NCBI RefSeq assembly: GCF_009914755.1
Contig: NC_060931.1
Length of the DNA stretch: 64,000 nt
Source of the DNA: the human T2T-CHM13v2.0 reference genome, Homo sapiens
Strand: one strand, 5' to 3'
Within the stretch, counting starts at the first letter, position 1, and every line of letters begins with the position of its first letter. The notes beneath the pieces were generated by a model. The model was given only the letters and a program-made list of their open reading frames with translations, ran no database searches and had not been told where the DNA came from. Position numbers and translations under genes: made by a program. Positions 1 to 13,286 of this stretch are shown here, piece by piece.

Positions 1-630
1 AGTAACTTTTTTGTGTTGTGTGTATTCAACTCACAGAGTTGAACCTTGCTTTAGAGAGAGCAGATTTGAAACACTCTTGCTGTGGAATTTTCAGGTGGAG
101 ATTTCAAGCGATTTGAGGACAATTGCAGAAAAGGAAATATCTTCGTATAATAACCAGACAGAATCATTCTCAGAAAGTGCTTTGTGATGTGTGCGTTCAA
201 CTCACAGAGTTTAACCTTTCTTTTCTTAGAGGAGCTTGGAAACACACTGTTTGTAAAGTCTGCAATTGGATATATAGACCTGTTTGAGGCCTCCGTTGGA
301 AACGGAATTTCTTCATTGAATGCTAGACGGAAGAATTCTCAGTAAATTCTTTGTGTTGTGTGCATTGAACTCACAGAGTGGAACGTCCCTTTAGACAGAG
401 CAGATTTGAAACACTCTTTTTGCGGAATTTGCAAGTGGAGATTTCTAGCCATTTGATGTCAACAGTAGAAAGGGAAATATCTTCAAATAAAAACCAGACA
501 GAATCATTCTCAGAAAATTCTTTGTGATGTGTGCGTTCAACTCACATAGTTTAACCTTTCTTTTCATAGAGCAGTTTGGAAACACTCTGTTTGTAAAGTC
601 TGCAAGTGGATATATGGACCGCATTGAGGC

Positions 631-647
631 CTTCGTTGGAAACGGGA
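631..647 (+). promoter_or_regulatory. CENP-B box, canonical (monomer 4; recurs in each full HOR)
   Basis: CTTCGTTGGAAACGGGA matches the 17-bp consensus YTTCGTTGGAARCGGGA exactly. Confidence 0.97.
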
Positions 648-970
648 TTTCTTCATTTCATGCTAGACAGAAGAATTCTCAGTAACTTCTTTGTGCTGTG
701 TGTATTCAACTCACAGAGTGGAACGTCCCTTTACACAGAGCAGATTTGAAACACTCTTTTTGTGGAGTTTGCAAGTGGAGATTTCAAGCGATTTGATGCC
801 AACAGTAGAAAAGGAAATATCTTCAAATAAAAACTAGACAGAATCATTCTCAGAAACTACTTTGTGATGTGTGCCTTCAACTCACAGAGTTTAACCTTTC
901 TTTTCTTAGAGCAGTTTAGAAACACTCTGCTTGTTATGTCTGCAAGTGGATATTTGGACCTCTTTGAGGC

Positions 971-987
971 CTTCGTTGCAAACGGGG
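971..987 (+). promoter_or_regulatory. CENP-B box with intact core (monomer 6; recurs in each HOR)
   Basis: CTTCGTTGCAAACGGGG keeps the nine essential bases nTTCGnnnnAnnCGGGn and differs only at non-core positions. Confidence 0.9.
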
Positions 988-1312
988 TTTCTTCCTTTCA
1001 TGCTAGACTAAGAAGAGTTCTCAGTAACTTTTTTGTGTTGTGTGTATTCAACTCACAGAGTTGAACCTTGCTTTAGAGAGAGCAGATTTGAAACACTCTT
1101 GCTGTGGCATTTTCAGGTGGAGATTTCAAGCGATTTGAGGACAATTGCAGAAAAGGAAATATCTTCGTATAATAACCAGACAGAATCATTCTCAGAAAGT
1201 GCTTTGTGATGTGTGCGTTCAACTCACAGAGTTTAACCTTTCTTTTCATAGAGGAGTTTGGAAACACACTGTTTGTAAAGTCTGCAATTGGATATATGGA
1301 CCTGTTTGAGGC

Positions 1313-1329
1313 CTTCGTTGGAAACGGGA
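1313..1329 (+). promoter_or_regulatory. CENP-B box of monomer 2 (canonical here, polymorphic across units)
   Basis: CTTCGTTGGAAACGGGA here; many other units read CTCCGTTGGAAACGGGA (e.g. 3357, 4379, 5401). Confidence 0.93.
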
Positions 1330-4300
1330 TTTCTTCATTGAATGCTAGACGGAAGAATTCTCAGTAAATTCTTTGTGTTGTGTGCATTCAACTCACAGAG
1401 TGGAACGTCCCTTTAGACAGAGCAGATTTGAAACACTCTTTTTGCGGAATTTGCAAGTGGAGATTTCTAGCCATTTGATGCCAACAGTAGAAAGGGAAAT
1501 ATCTTCAAATAAAAACCAGACAGAATCATTCTCAGAAAATTCTTTGTGATGTGTGCGTTCAACTCACATAGTTTAACCTTTCTTTTCATAGAGCAGTTTG
1601 GAAACACTCTGTTTGTAAAGTCTGCAAGTGGATCTATGGACCGCATTGAGGCCTTCGTTGGAAACGGGATTTCTTCATTTCATGCTAGACAGAAGAATTC
1701 TCAGTAACTTCTTTGTGCTGTGTGTATTCAACTCACAGAGTGGAACATCCCTTTACACAGAGCAGATTTGAAACACTCTTTTTGTGGAGTTTGCAAGTGG
1801 AGATTTCAAGCGATTTGATGCCAACAGTAGAAAATGAAATATCTTCAAATAAAAACTAGACAGAATCATTCTCAGAAACTACTTTGTGATGTGTGCCTTC
1901 AACTCACAGAGTTTAACCTTTCTTTTCTTAGAGCAGTTTAGAAACACTCTGCTTGTTATGTCTGCAAGTGGATATTTGGACCTCTTTGAGGCCTTCGTTG
2001 CAAACGGGATTTCTTCCTTTAATGCTAGACTAAGAAGAGTTCTCAGTAACTTTTTTGTGTTGTGTGTATTCAACTCACAGAGTTGAACCTTGCTTTAGAG
2101 AGAGCAGATTTGAAACACTCTTGCTGTGGCATTTTCAGGTGGAGATTTCAAGCGATTTGAGGACAATTGCAGAAAAGGAAATATCTTCGTATAATAACCA
2201 GACAGAATCATTCTCAGAAAGTGCTTTGTGATGTGTGCGTTCAACTCACAGAGTTTAACCTTTCTTTTCATAGAGGAGTTTGGAAACACACTGTTTGTAA
2301 AGTCTGCAATTGGATATATGGACCTGTTTGAGGCCTTCGTTGGAAACGGGATTTCTTCATTGAATGCTAGACGGAAGAATTCTCAGTAAATTCTTTGTGT
2401 TGTGTGCATTCAACTCACAGAGTGGAACGTCCCTTTAGACAGAGCAGATTTGAAACACTCTTTTTGCGGAATTTGCAAGTGGAGATTTCTAGCCATTTGA
2501 TGCCAACAGTAGAAAGGGAAATATCTTCAAATAAAAACCAGACAGAATCATTCTCAGAAAATTCTTTGTGATGTGTGCTTTCAACTCACATAGTTTAACC
2601 TTTCTTTTCATAGAGCAGTTTGGAAACACTCTGTTTGTAAAGTCTGCAAGTGGATATATGGACCGCATTGAGGCCTTCGTTGGAAACGGGATTTCTTCAT
2701 TTCATGCTAGACAGAAGAATTCTCAGTAACTTCTTTGTGCTGTGTGTATTCAACTCACAGAGTGGAACGTCCCTTTGCACAGAGCAGATTTGAAACACTC
2801 TTTTTGTGGAGTTTGCAAGTGGAGATTTCAAGCGATTTGATGCCAACAGTAGAAAAGGAAATATCTTCAAATAAAAACTAGACAGAATCATTCTCAGAAA
2901 CTACTTTGTGATGTGTGCCTTTAACTCACAGAGTTTAACCTTTCTTTTCTTAGAGCAGTTTAGAAACACTCTGCTTGTTATGTCTGCAAGTGGATATTTG
3001 GACCTCTTTGAGGCCTTCGTTGCAAACGGGGTTTCTTCCTTTAATGCTAGACTAAGAAGAGTTCTCAGCAACTTTTTTGTGTTGTGTGTATTCAACTCAC
3101 AGAGTTGAACCTTGCTTTAGAGAGAGCAGATTTGAAACACTCTTGCTGTGGCATTTTCAGGTGGAGATTTCAAGCGATTTGAGGACAATTGCAGAAAAGG
3201 AAATATCTTCGTATAATAACCAGACAGAATCATTCTCAGAAAGTGCTTTGTGATGTGTGCGTTCAACTCACAGAGTTTAACCTTTCTTTTCATAGAGGAG
3301 TTTGGAAACACACTGTTTGTAAAGTCTGCAATTGGATATATGGACCTGTTTGAGGCCTCCGTTGGAAACGGGATTTCTTCATTGAATGCTAGACGGAAGA
3401 ATTCTCAGTAAATTCTTTGTGTTGTGTGCATTCAACTCACAGAGTGGAACGTCCCTTTAGACAGAGCAGATTTGAAACACTCTTTTTGCGGAATTTGCAA
3501 GTGGAGATTTCTAGCCATTTGATGCCAACAGTAGAAAGGGAAATATCTTCAAATAAAAACCAGACAGAATCATTCTCAGAAAATTCTTTGTGATGTGTGC
3601 GTTCAACTCACATAGTTTAACCTTTCTTTTCATAGAGCAGTTTGGAAACACTCTGTTTGTAAAGTCTGCAAGTGGATATATGGACCGCATTGAGGCCTTC
3701 GTTGGAAACGGGATTTCTTCATTTCATGCTAGACAGAAGAATTCTCAGTAACTTCTTTGTGCTGTGTGTATTCAACTCACAGAGTGGAACGTCCCTTTGC
3801 ACAGAGCAGATTTGAAACACTCTTTTTGTGGAGTTTGCAAGTGGAGATTTCAAGCGATTTGATGCCAACAGTAGAAAAGGAAATATCTTCAAATAAAAAC
3901 TAGACAGAATCATTCTCAGGAACTACTTTGTGATGTGTGCCTTCAACTCACAGAGTTTAACCTTTCTTTTCTTAGAGCAGTTTAGAAACACTCTGCTTGT
4001 TATGTCTGCAAGTGGATATTTGGACCTCTTTGAGGCCTTCGTTGCAAACGGGGTTTCTTCCTTTAATGCTAGACTAAGAAGAGTTCTCAGCAACTTTTTT
4101 GTGTTGTGTGTATTCAACTCACAGAGTTGAACCTTGCTTTAGAGAGAGCAGATTTGAAACACTCTTGCTGTGGAATTTTCAGGTGGAGATTTCAAGCGAT
4201 TTGAGGACAATTGCAGAAAAGGAAATATCTTCGTATAATAACCAGACAGAATCATTCTCAGAAAGTGCTTTGTGATGTGTGCGTTCAACTCACAGAGTTT

Positions 4301-5110
4301 AACCTTTCTTTTCATAGAGGAGTTTGGAAACACACTGTTTGTAAAGTCTGCAATTGGATATATGGACCTGTTTGAGGCCTCCGTTGGAAACGGGATTTCT
4401 TCATTGAATGCTAGACGGAAGAATTCTCAGTAAATTCTTTGTGTTGTGTGCATTCAACTCACAGAGTGGAACGTCCCTTTAGACAGAGCAGATTTGAAAC
4501 ACTCTTTTTGCGGAATTTGCAAGTGGAGATTTCTAGCCATTTGATGCCAACAGTAGAAAGGGAAATATCTTCAAATAAAAACCAGACAGAATCATTCTCA
4601 GAAAATTCTTTGTGATGTGTGCGTTCAACTCACATAGTTTAACCTTTCTTTTCATAGAGCAGTTTGGAAACACTCTGTTTGTAAAGTCTGCAAGTGGATA
4701 TATGGACCGCATTGAGGCCTTCGTTGGAAACGGGATTTCTTCATTTCATGCTAGACAGAAGAATTCTCAGTAACTTCTTTGTGCTGTGTGTATTCAACTC
4801 ACAGAGTGGAACGTCCCTTTGCACAGAGCAGATTTGAAACACTCTTTTTGTGGAGTTTGCAAGTGGAGATTTCAAGCGATTTGATGCCAACAGTAGAAAA
4901 GGAAATATCTTCAAATAAAAACTAGACAGAATCATTCTCAGGAACTACTTTGTGATGTGTGCCTTCAACTCACAGAGTTTAACCTTTCTTTTCTTAGAGC
5001 AGTTTAGAAACACTCTGCTTGTTATGTCTGCAAGTGGATATTTGGACCTCTTTGAGGCCTTCGTTGCAAACGGGGTTTCTTCCTTTAATGCTAGACTAAG
5101 AAGAGTTCTC

Positions 5111-5792
5111 AGCAACTTTTTTGTGTTGTGTGTATTCAACTCACAGAGTTGAACCTTGCTTTAGAGAGAGCAGATTTGAAACACTCTTGCTGTGGAATTT
5201 TCAGGTGGAGATTTCAAGCGATTTGAGGACAATTGCAGAAAAGGAAATATCTTCGTATAATAACCAGACAGAATCATTCTCAGAAAGTGCTTTGTGATGT
5301 GTGCGTTCAACTCACAGAGTTTATCCTTTCTTTTCATAGAGGAGCTTGGAAACACACTGTTTGTAAAGTCTGCAATTGGATATATGGACGTGTTTGAGGC
5401 CTCCGTTGGAAACGGGATTTCTTCATTGAATGCTAGACGGAAGAATTCTCAGTAAATTCTTTGTGTTGTGTGCATTGAACTCACAGAGTGGAACGTCCCT
5501 TTAGACAGAGCAGATTTGAAACACTCTTTTTGCGGAATTTGCAAGTGGAGATTTCTAGCCATTTGATGCCAACAGTAGAAAGGGAAATATCTTCAAATAA
5601 AAACCAGACAGAATCATTCTCAGAAAATTCTTTGTGATGTGTGCCTTCAACTCACAGAGTTTAACCTTTCTTTTCTTAGAGCAGTTTAGAAACACTCTGC
5701 TTGTTATGTCTGCAAGTGGATATTTGGACCTCTTTGAGGCCTTCGTTGCAAACGGGGTTTTTTCCTTTAATGCTAGACTAAGAAGAGTTCTC
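5111..5792 (+). repeat. 4-mer HOR structural variant (682 bp), copy 1
   Basis: Period drops to 682 bp (ORFs 5161 to 5843). Hybrid monomer begins CAGAAAATTC (monomer 4) and continues GTGCCTTCAACTCACAGAG (monomer 6). Confidence 0.96.
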
Positions 5793-8700
5793 AGTAACTT
5801 TTTTGTGTTGTGTGTATTCAACTCACAGAGTTGAACCTTGCTTTAGAGAGAGCAGATTTGAAACACTCTTGCTGTGGCATTTTCAGGTGGAGATTTCAAG
5901 CGATTTGAGGACAATTGCAGAAAAGGAAATATCTTCGTATAATAACCAGACAGAATCATTCTCAGAAAGTGCTTTGTGATGTGTGCGTTCAACTCACAGA
6001 GTTTAACCTTTCTTTTCATAGAGGAGTTTGGAAACACACTGTTTGTAAAGTCTGCAATTGGATATAAGACCTGTTTGAGGCCTTCGTTGGAAACGGGATT
6101 TCTTCATTGAATGCTAGACGGAAGAATTCTCAGTAAATTCTTTGTGTTGTGTGCATTCAACTCACAGAGTGGAACGTCCCTTTAGACAGAGCAGATTTGA
6201 AACACTCTTTTTGCGGAATTTGCAAGTGGAGATTTCTAGCCATTTGATGCCAACAGTAGAAAGGGAAATATCTTCAAATAAAAACCAGACAGAATCATTC
6301 TCAGAAAATTCTTTGTGATGTGTGCGTTCAACTCACATAGTTTAACCTTTCTTTTCATAGAGCAGTTTGGAAACACTCTGTTTGTAAAGTCTGCAAGTGG
6401 ATCTATGGACCGCATTGAGGCCTTCGTTGGAAACGGGATTTCTTCATTTCATGCTAGACAGAAGAATTCTCAGTAACTTCTTTGTGCTGTGTGTATTCAA
6501 CTCACAGAGTGGAACGTCCCTTTACACAGAACAGATTTGAAACACTCTTTTTGTGGAGTTTGCAAGTGGAGATTTCAAGCGATTTGATGCCAACAGTAGA
6601 AAATGAAATATCTTCAAATAAAAACTAGACAGAATCATTCTCAGAAACTACTTTGTGATGTGTGCCTTCAACTCAAAGAGTTTAACCTTTCTTTTCTTAG
6701 AGCAGTTTAGAAACACTCTGCTTGTTATGTCTGCAAGTGGATATTTGGACCTCTTTGTGGCCTTCGTTGCAAACGGGGTTTCTTCCTTTCATGCTAGACT
6801 AAGAAGAGTTCTCAGTAACTTTTTTGTGTTGTGTGTATTCAACTCACAGAGTTGAACCTTGCTTTAGAGAGAGCAGATTTGAAACACTCTCGCTGTGGAA
6901 TTTTCAGGTGGAGATTTCAAGCGATTTGAGGACAATTGCAGAAAAGGAAATATCTTCGTATAATAACCAGACAGAATCATTCTCAGAAAGTGCTTTGTGA
7001 TGTGTGCGTTCAACTCACAGAGTTTAACCTTTCTTTTCATAGAGGAGTTTGGAAACACACTGTTTGTAAAGTCTGCAAGTGGATATATGGACCTGTTTGA
7101 GGCCTTCGTTGGAAACGGGATTTCTTCATTGAATGCTAGACGGAAGAATTCTCAGTAAATTCTTTGTGTTGTGTGCATTCAACTCACAGAGTGGAACGTC
7201 CCTTTAGACAGAGCAGATTTGAAACACTCTTTTTGCGGAATTTGCAAGTGGAGATTTCTAGCCATTTGATGCCAACAGTAGAAAGGGAAATATCTTCAAA
7301 TAAAAACCAGACAGAATCATTCTCAGAAAATTCTTTGTGATGTGTGCGTTCAACTCACATAGTTTAACCTTTCTTTTCATAGAGCAGTTTGGAAACACTC
7401 TGTTTGTAAAGTCTGCAAGTGGATATATGGACCGCATTGAGGCCTTCGTTGGAAACGGGATTTCTTCATTTCATGCTAGACAGAAGAATTCTCAGTAACT
7501 TCTTTGTGCTGTGTGTATTCAACTCACAGAGTGGAACGTCCCTTTGCACAGAGCAGATTTGAAACACTCTTTTTGTGGAGTTTGCAAGTGGAGATTTCAA
7601 GCGATTTGATGCCAACAGTAGAAAAGGAAATATCTTCAAATAAAAACTAGACAGAATCATTCTCAGGAACTACTTTGTGATGTGTGCCTTCAACTCACAG
7701 AGTTTAACCTTTCTTTTCTTAGAGCAGTTTAGAAACACTCTGCTTGTTATGTCTGCAAGTGGATATTTGGACCTCTTTGAGGCCTTCGTTGCAAACGGGG
7801 TTTCTTCCTTTAATGCTAGACTAAGAAGAGTTCTCAGCAACTTTTTTGTGTTGTGTGTATTCAACTCACAGAGTTGAACCTTGCTTTAGAGAGAGCAGAT
7901 TTGAAACACTCTTGCTGTGGAATTTTCAGGTGGAGATTTCAAGCGATTTGAGGACAATTGCAGAAAAGGAAATATCTTCGTATAATAACCAGACAGAATC
8001 ATTCTCAGAAAGTGCTTTGTGATGTGTGCGTTCAACTCACAGAGTTTAACCTTTCTTTTCATAGAGGAGTTTGGAAACACACTGTTTGTAAAGTCTGCAA
8101 TTGGATATATGGACCTGTTTGAGGCCTCCGTTGGAAACGGGATTTCTTCATTGAATGCTAGACGGAAGAATTCTCAGTAAATTCTTTGTGTTGTGTGCAT
8201 TCAACTCACAGAGTGGAACGTCCCTTTAGACAGAGCAGATTTGAAACACTCTTTTTGCGGAATTTGCAAGTGGAGATTTCTAGCCATTTGATGCCAACAG
8301 TAGAAAGGGAAATATCTTCAAATAAAAACCAGACAGAATCATTCTCAGAAAATTCTTTGTGATGTGTGCGTTCAACTCACATAGTTTAACCTTTCTTTTC
8401 ATAGAGCAGTTTGGAAACACTCTGTTTGTAAAGTCTGCAAGTGGATATATGGACCGCATTGAGGCCTTCGTTGGAAACGGGATTTCTTCATTTCATGCTA
8501 GACAGAAGAATTCTCAGTAACTTCTTTGTGCTGTGTGTATTCAACTCACAGAGTGGAACGTCCCTTTGCACAGAGCAGATTTGAAACACTCTTTTTGTGG
8601 AGTTTGCAAGTGGAGATTTCAAGCGATTTGATGCCAACAGTAGAAAAGGAAATATCTTCAAATAAAAACTAGACAGAATCATTCTCAGGAACTACTTTGT

Positions 8701-8857
8701 GATGTGTGCCTTCAACTCACAGAGTTTAACCTTTCTTTTCTTAGAGCAGTTTAGAAACACTCTGCTTGTTATGTCTGCAAGTGGATATTTGGACCTCTTT
8801 GAGGCCTTCGTTGCAAACGGGGTTTCTTCCTTTAATGCTAGACTAAGAAGAGTTCTC

Positions 8858-9539
8858 AGCAACTTTTTTGTGTTGTGTGTATTCAACTCACAGAGTTGAA
8901 CCTTGCTTTAGAGAGAGCAGATTTGAAACACTCTTGCTGTGGAATTTTCAGGTGGAGATTTCAAGCGATTTGAGGACAATTGCAGAAAAGGAAATATCTT
9001 CGTATAATAACCAGACAGAATCATTCTCAGAAAGTGCTTTGTGATGTGTGCGTTCAACTCACAGAGTTTAACCTTTCTTTTCATAGAGGAGCTTGGAAAC
9101 ACACTGTTTGTAAAGTCTGCAATTGGATATATGGACGTGTTTGAGGCCTCCGTTGGAAACGGGATTTCTTCATTGAATGCTAGACGGAAGAATTCTCAGT
9201 AAATTCTTTGTGTTGTGTGCATTGAACTCACAGAGTGGAACGTCCCTTTAGACAGAGCAGATTTGAAACACTCTTTTTGCGGAATTTGCAAGTGGAGATT
9301 TCTAGCCATTTGATGCCAACAGTAGAAAGGGAAATATCTTCAAATAAAAACCAGACAGAATCATTCTCAGAAAATTCTTTGTGATGTGTGCCTTCAACTC
9401 ACAGAGTTTAACCTTTCTTTTCTTAGAGCAGTTTAGAAACACTCTGCTTGTTATGTCTGCAAGTGGATATTTGGACCTCTTTGAGGCCTTCGTTGCAAAC
9501 GGGGTTTTTTCCTTTAATGCTAGACTAAGAAGAGTTCTC
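8858..9539 (+). repeat. 4-mer HOR structural variant (682 bp), copy 2
   Basis: ORFs 8908 to 9590 are 682 bp apart; same hybrid junction at 9377-9391. Confidence 0.96.
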
Positions 9540-12500
9540 AGTAACTTTTTTGTGTTGTGTGTATTCAACTCACAGAGTTGAACCTTGCTTTAGAGAGAGC
9601 AGATTTGAAACACTCTTGCTGTGGCATTTTCAGGTGGAGATTTCAAGCGATTTGAGGACAATTGCAGAAAAGGAAATATCTTCGTATAATAACCAGACAG
9701 AATCATTCTCAGAAAGTGCTTTGTGATGTGTGCGTTCAACTCACAGAGTTTAACCTTTCTTTTCATAGAGGAGTTTGGAAACACACTGTTTGTAAAGTCT
9801 GCAATTGGATATAAGACCTGTTTGAGGCCTTCGTTGGAAACGGGATTTCTTCATTGAATGCTAGACGGAAGAATTCTCAGTAAATTCTTTGTGTTGTGTG
9901 CATTCAACTCACAGAGTGGAACGTCCCTTTAGACAGAGCAGATTTGAAACACTCTTTTTGCGGAATTTGCAAGTGGAGATTTCTAGCCATTTGATGCCAA
10001 CAGTAGAAAGGGAAATATCTTCAAATAAAAACCAGACAGAATCATTCTCAGAAAATTCTTTGTGATGTGTGCGTTCAACTCACATAGTTTAACCTTTCTT
10101 TTCATAGAGCAGTTTGGAAACACTCTGTTTGTAAAGTCTGCAAGTGGATCTATGGACCGCATTGAGGCCTTCGTTGGAAACGGGATTTCTTCATTTCATG
10201 CTAGACAGAAGAATTCTCAGTAACTTCTTTGTGCTGTGTGTATTCAACTCACAGAGTGGAACGTCCCTTTACACAGAACAGATTTGAAACACTCTTTTTG
10301 TGGAGTTTGCAAGTGGAGATTTCAAGCGATTTGATGCCAACAGTAGAAAATGAAATATCTTCAAATAAAAACTAGACAGAATCATTCTCAGAAACTACTT
10401 TGTGATGTGTGCCTTCAACTCAAAGAGTTTAACCTTTCTTTTCTTAGAGCAGTTTAGAAACACTCTGCTTGTTATGTCTGCAAGTGGATATTTGGACCTC
10501 TTTGTGGCCTTCGTTGCAAACGGGGTTTCTTCCTTTAATGCTAGACTAAGAAGAGTTCTCAGTAACTTTTTTGTGTTGTGTGTATTCAACTCACAGAGTT
10601 GAACCTTGCTTTAGAGAGAGCAGATTTGAAACACTCTCGCTGTGGAATTTTCAGGTGGAGATTTCAAGCGATTTGAGGACAATTGCAGAAAAGGAAATAT
10701 CTTCGTATAATAACCAGACAGAATCATTCTCAGAACGTGCTTTGTGATGTGTGCGTTCAACTCACAGAGTTTAACCTTTCTTTTCATAGAGGAGTTTGGA
10801 AACACACTGTTTGTAAAGTCTGCAAGTGGATATATGGACCTGTTTGAGGCCTTCGTTGGAAACGGGATTTCTTCATTGAATGCTAGACGGAAGAATTCTC
10901 AGTAAATTCTTTGTGTTGTGTGCATTCAACTCACAGAGTGGAACGTCCCTTTAGACAGAGCAGATTTGAAACACTCTTTTTGCGGAATTTGCAAGTGGAG
11001 ATTTCTAGCCATTTGATGCCAACAGTAGAAAGGGAAATATCTTCAAATAAAAACCAGACAGAATCATTCTCAGAAAATTCTTTGTGATGTGTGCGTTCAA
11101 CTCACATAGTTTAACCTTTCTTTTCATAGAGCAGTTTGGAAACACTCTGTTTGTAAAGTCTGCAAGTGGATCTATGGACCGCATTGAGGCCTTCGTTGGA
11201 AACGGGATTTCTTCATTTCATGCTAGACAGAAGAATTCTCAGTAACTTCTTTGTGCTGTGTGTATTCAACTCACAGAGTGCAACGTCCCTTTACACAGAG
11301 CAGATTTGAAACACTCTTTTTGTGGAGTTTGCAAGTGGAGATTTCAAGCGATTTGATGCCAACAGTAGAAAAGGAAATATCTTCAAATAAAAACTAGACA
11401 GAATCATTCTCAGAAACTACTTTGTGATGTGTGCCTTCAACTCACAGAGTTGAACCTTTCTTTTCTTAGAGCAGTTTAGAAACACTCTGCTTGTTATGTC
11501 TGCAAGTGGATATTTGGACCTCTTTGAGGCCTTCGTTGCAAACGGGGTTTCTTCCTTTAATGCTAGACTAAGAAGAGTTCTCAGTAACTTTTTTGTGTTG
11601 TGTGTATTCAACTCACAGAGTTGAACCTTGCTTTAGAGAGAGCAGATTTGAAACACTCTTGCTGTGGAATTTTCAGGTGGAGATTTCAAGCGATTTGAGG
11701 ACAATTGCAGAAAAGGAAATATCTTCGTATAATAACCAGACAGAATCATTCTCAGAAAGTGCTTTGTGATGTGTGCGTTCAACTCACAGAGTTTAACCTT
11801 TCTTTTCATAGAGGAGCTTGGAAACACACTGTTTGTAAAGTCTGCAATTGGATATATAGACCTGTTTGAGGCCTCCGTTGGAAACGGAATTTCTTCATTG
11901 AATGCTAGACGGAAGAATTCTCAGTAAATTCTTTGTGTTGTGTGCATTGAACTCACAGAGTGGAACGTCCCTTTAGACAGAGCAGATTTGAAACACTCTT
12001 TTTGCGGAATTTGCAAGTGGAGATTTCTACCCATTTGATGTCAACAGTAGAAAGGGAAATATCTTCAAATAAAAACCAGACAGAATCATTCTCAGAAAAT
12101 TCTTTGTGATGTGTGCGTTCAACTCAAATAGTTTAACCTTTCTTTTCATAGAGCAGTTTGGAAACACTCTGTTTGTAAAGTCTGCAAGTGGATATATGGA
12201 CCGCATTGAGGCCTTCGTTGGAAACGGGATTTCTTCATTTCATGCTAGACAGAAGAATTCTCAGTAACTTCTTTGTGCTGTGTGTATTCAACTCACAGAG
12301 TGGAACGTCCCTTTACACAGAGCAGATTTGAAACACTCTTTTTGTGGAGTTTGCAAGTGGAGATTTCAAGCGATTTGATGCCAACAGTAGAAAAGGAAGT
12401 ATCTTCAAATAAAAACTAGACAGAATCATTCTCAGAAACTACTTTGTGATGTGTGCCTTCAACTCACAGAGTTTAACCTTTCTTTTCTTAGAGCAGTTTA

Positions 12501-12604
12501 GAAACACTCTGCTTGTTATGTCTGCAAGTGGATATTTGGACCTCTTTGAGGCCTTCGTTGCAAACGGGGTTTCTTCCTTTCATGCTAGACTAAGAAGAGT
12601 TCTC

Positions 12605-13286
12605 AGTAACTTTTTTGTGTTGTGTGTATTCAACTCACAGAGTTGAACCTTGCTTTAGAGAGAGCAGATTTGAAACACTCTTGCTGTGGCATTTTCAGGT
12701 GGAGATTTCAAGCGATTTCAGGACAATTGCAGAAAAGGAAATATCTTCGTATAATAACCACACAGAATCATTCTCAGAAAGTGCTTTGTGATGTGTGCGT
12801 TCAACTCACAGAGTTTAACCTTTCTTTTCATAGAGGAGTTTGGAAACACACTGTTTGTAAAGTCTGCAATTGGATATATGGACCTGTTTGAGGCCTTCGT
12901 TGGAAACGGGATTTCTTCATTGAATGCTAGACGGAAGAATTCTCAGTAAATTCTTTGTGTTGTGTGCATTCAACTCACAGAGTGGAACGTCCCTTTAGAC
13001 AGAGCAGATTTGAAACACTCTTTTTGCGGAATTTGCAAGTGGAGATTTCTAGCCATTTGATGCCAACAGTAGAAAGGGAAATATCTTCAAATAAAAACCA
13101 GACAGAATCATTCTCAGAAAATTCTTTGTGATGTGTGCCTTCAACTCACAGAGTTTAACCTTTCTTTTCTTAGAGGAGTTTAGAAACACTCTGCTTGTTA
13201 TGTCTGCAAGTGGATATTTGGACCTCTTTGAGGCCTTCGTTGCAAACGGGGTTTTTTCCTTTAATGCTAGACTAAGAAGAGTTCTC
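12605..13286 (+). repeat. 4-mer HOR structural variant (682 bp), copy 3
   Basis: ORFs 12446 to 13128 are 682 bp apart; same hybrid junction at 13124-13138. Confidence 0.96.

Larger units (their letters stand above)
1..1022 (+). repeat. Representative 6-monomer HOR unit, probably D7Z1 (human chromosome 7 active array)
   Basis: AGTAACTTTTTTGTG starts at 1 and again at 1023. Three dimers of 340/340/342 bp. GAATTC at 333 and 673, while the third equivalent site is GAGTTC (1015), giving 340 + 682 bp EcoRI fragments. This matches my recollection of D7Z1 (about 1.02-kb 6-mer, EcoRI dimer plus tetramer). Other SF1 arrays are not formally excluded without alignment. Confidence 0.8.
3360..11150 (+). 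repeat. Tandem duplication with 3747-bp period (three 6-mers plus one 4-mer); ends approximate
   Basis: Rare variants recur at +3747: CTCAGGAAC 3920/7667 and 4942/8689, 4-mer junction 5630/9377, 1-bp deletion GATATAAGAC ~6066/~9813, ACTCAAAGAG, CTCTTTGTGG. Confidence 0.9.

Noticed and set aside
480-495. AATAAA polyadenylation-like and TATA-like motifs
   Set aside because: Intrinsic to the AT-rich monomers and repeated in every unit; not evidence of a transcription unit.
790-816. pJalpha-like site in A-type monomers (CAACAGTAGAAAAGGAA)
   Set aside because: Occupies the expected position but matches the consensus only loosely; expected for A monomers and not supportable as functional.
5555-5821. 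88-aa ORF unique to the 4-mer variants (also 9302, 13049)
   Set aside because: Chance read-through created by the dimer deletion; no evidence of coding function.
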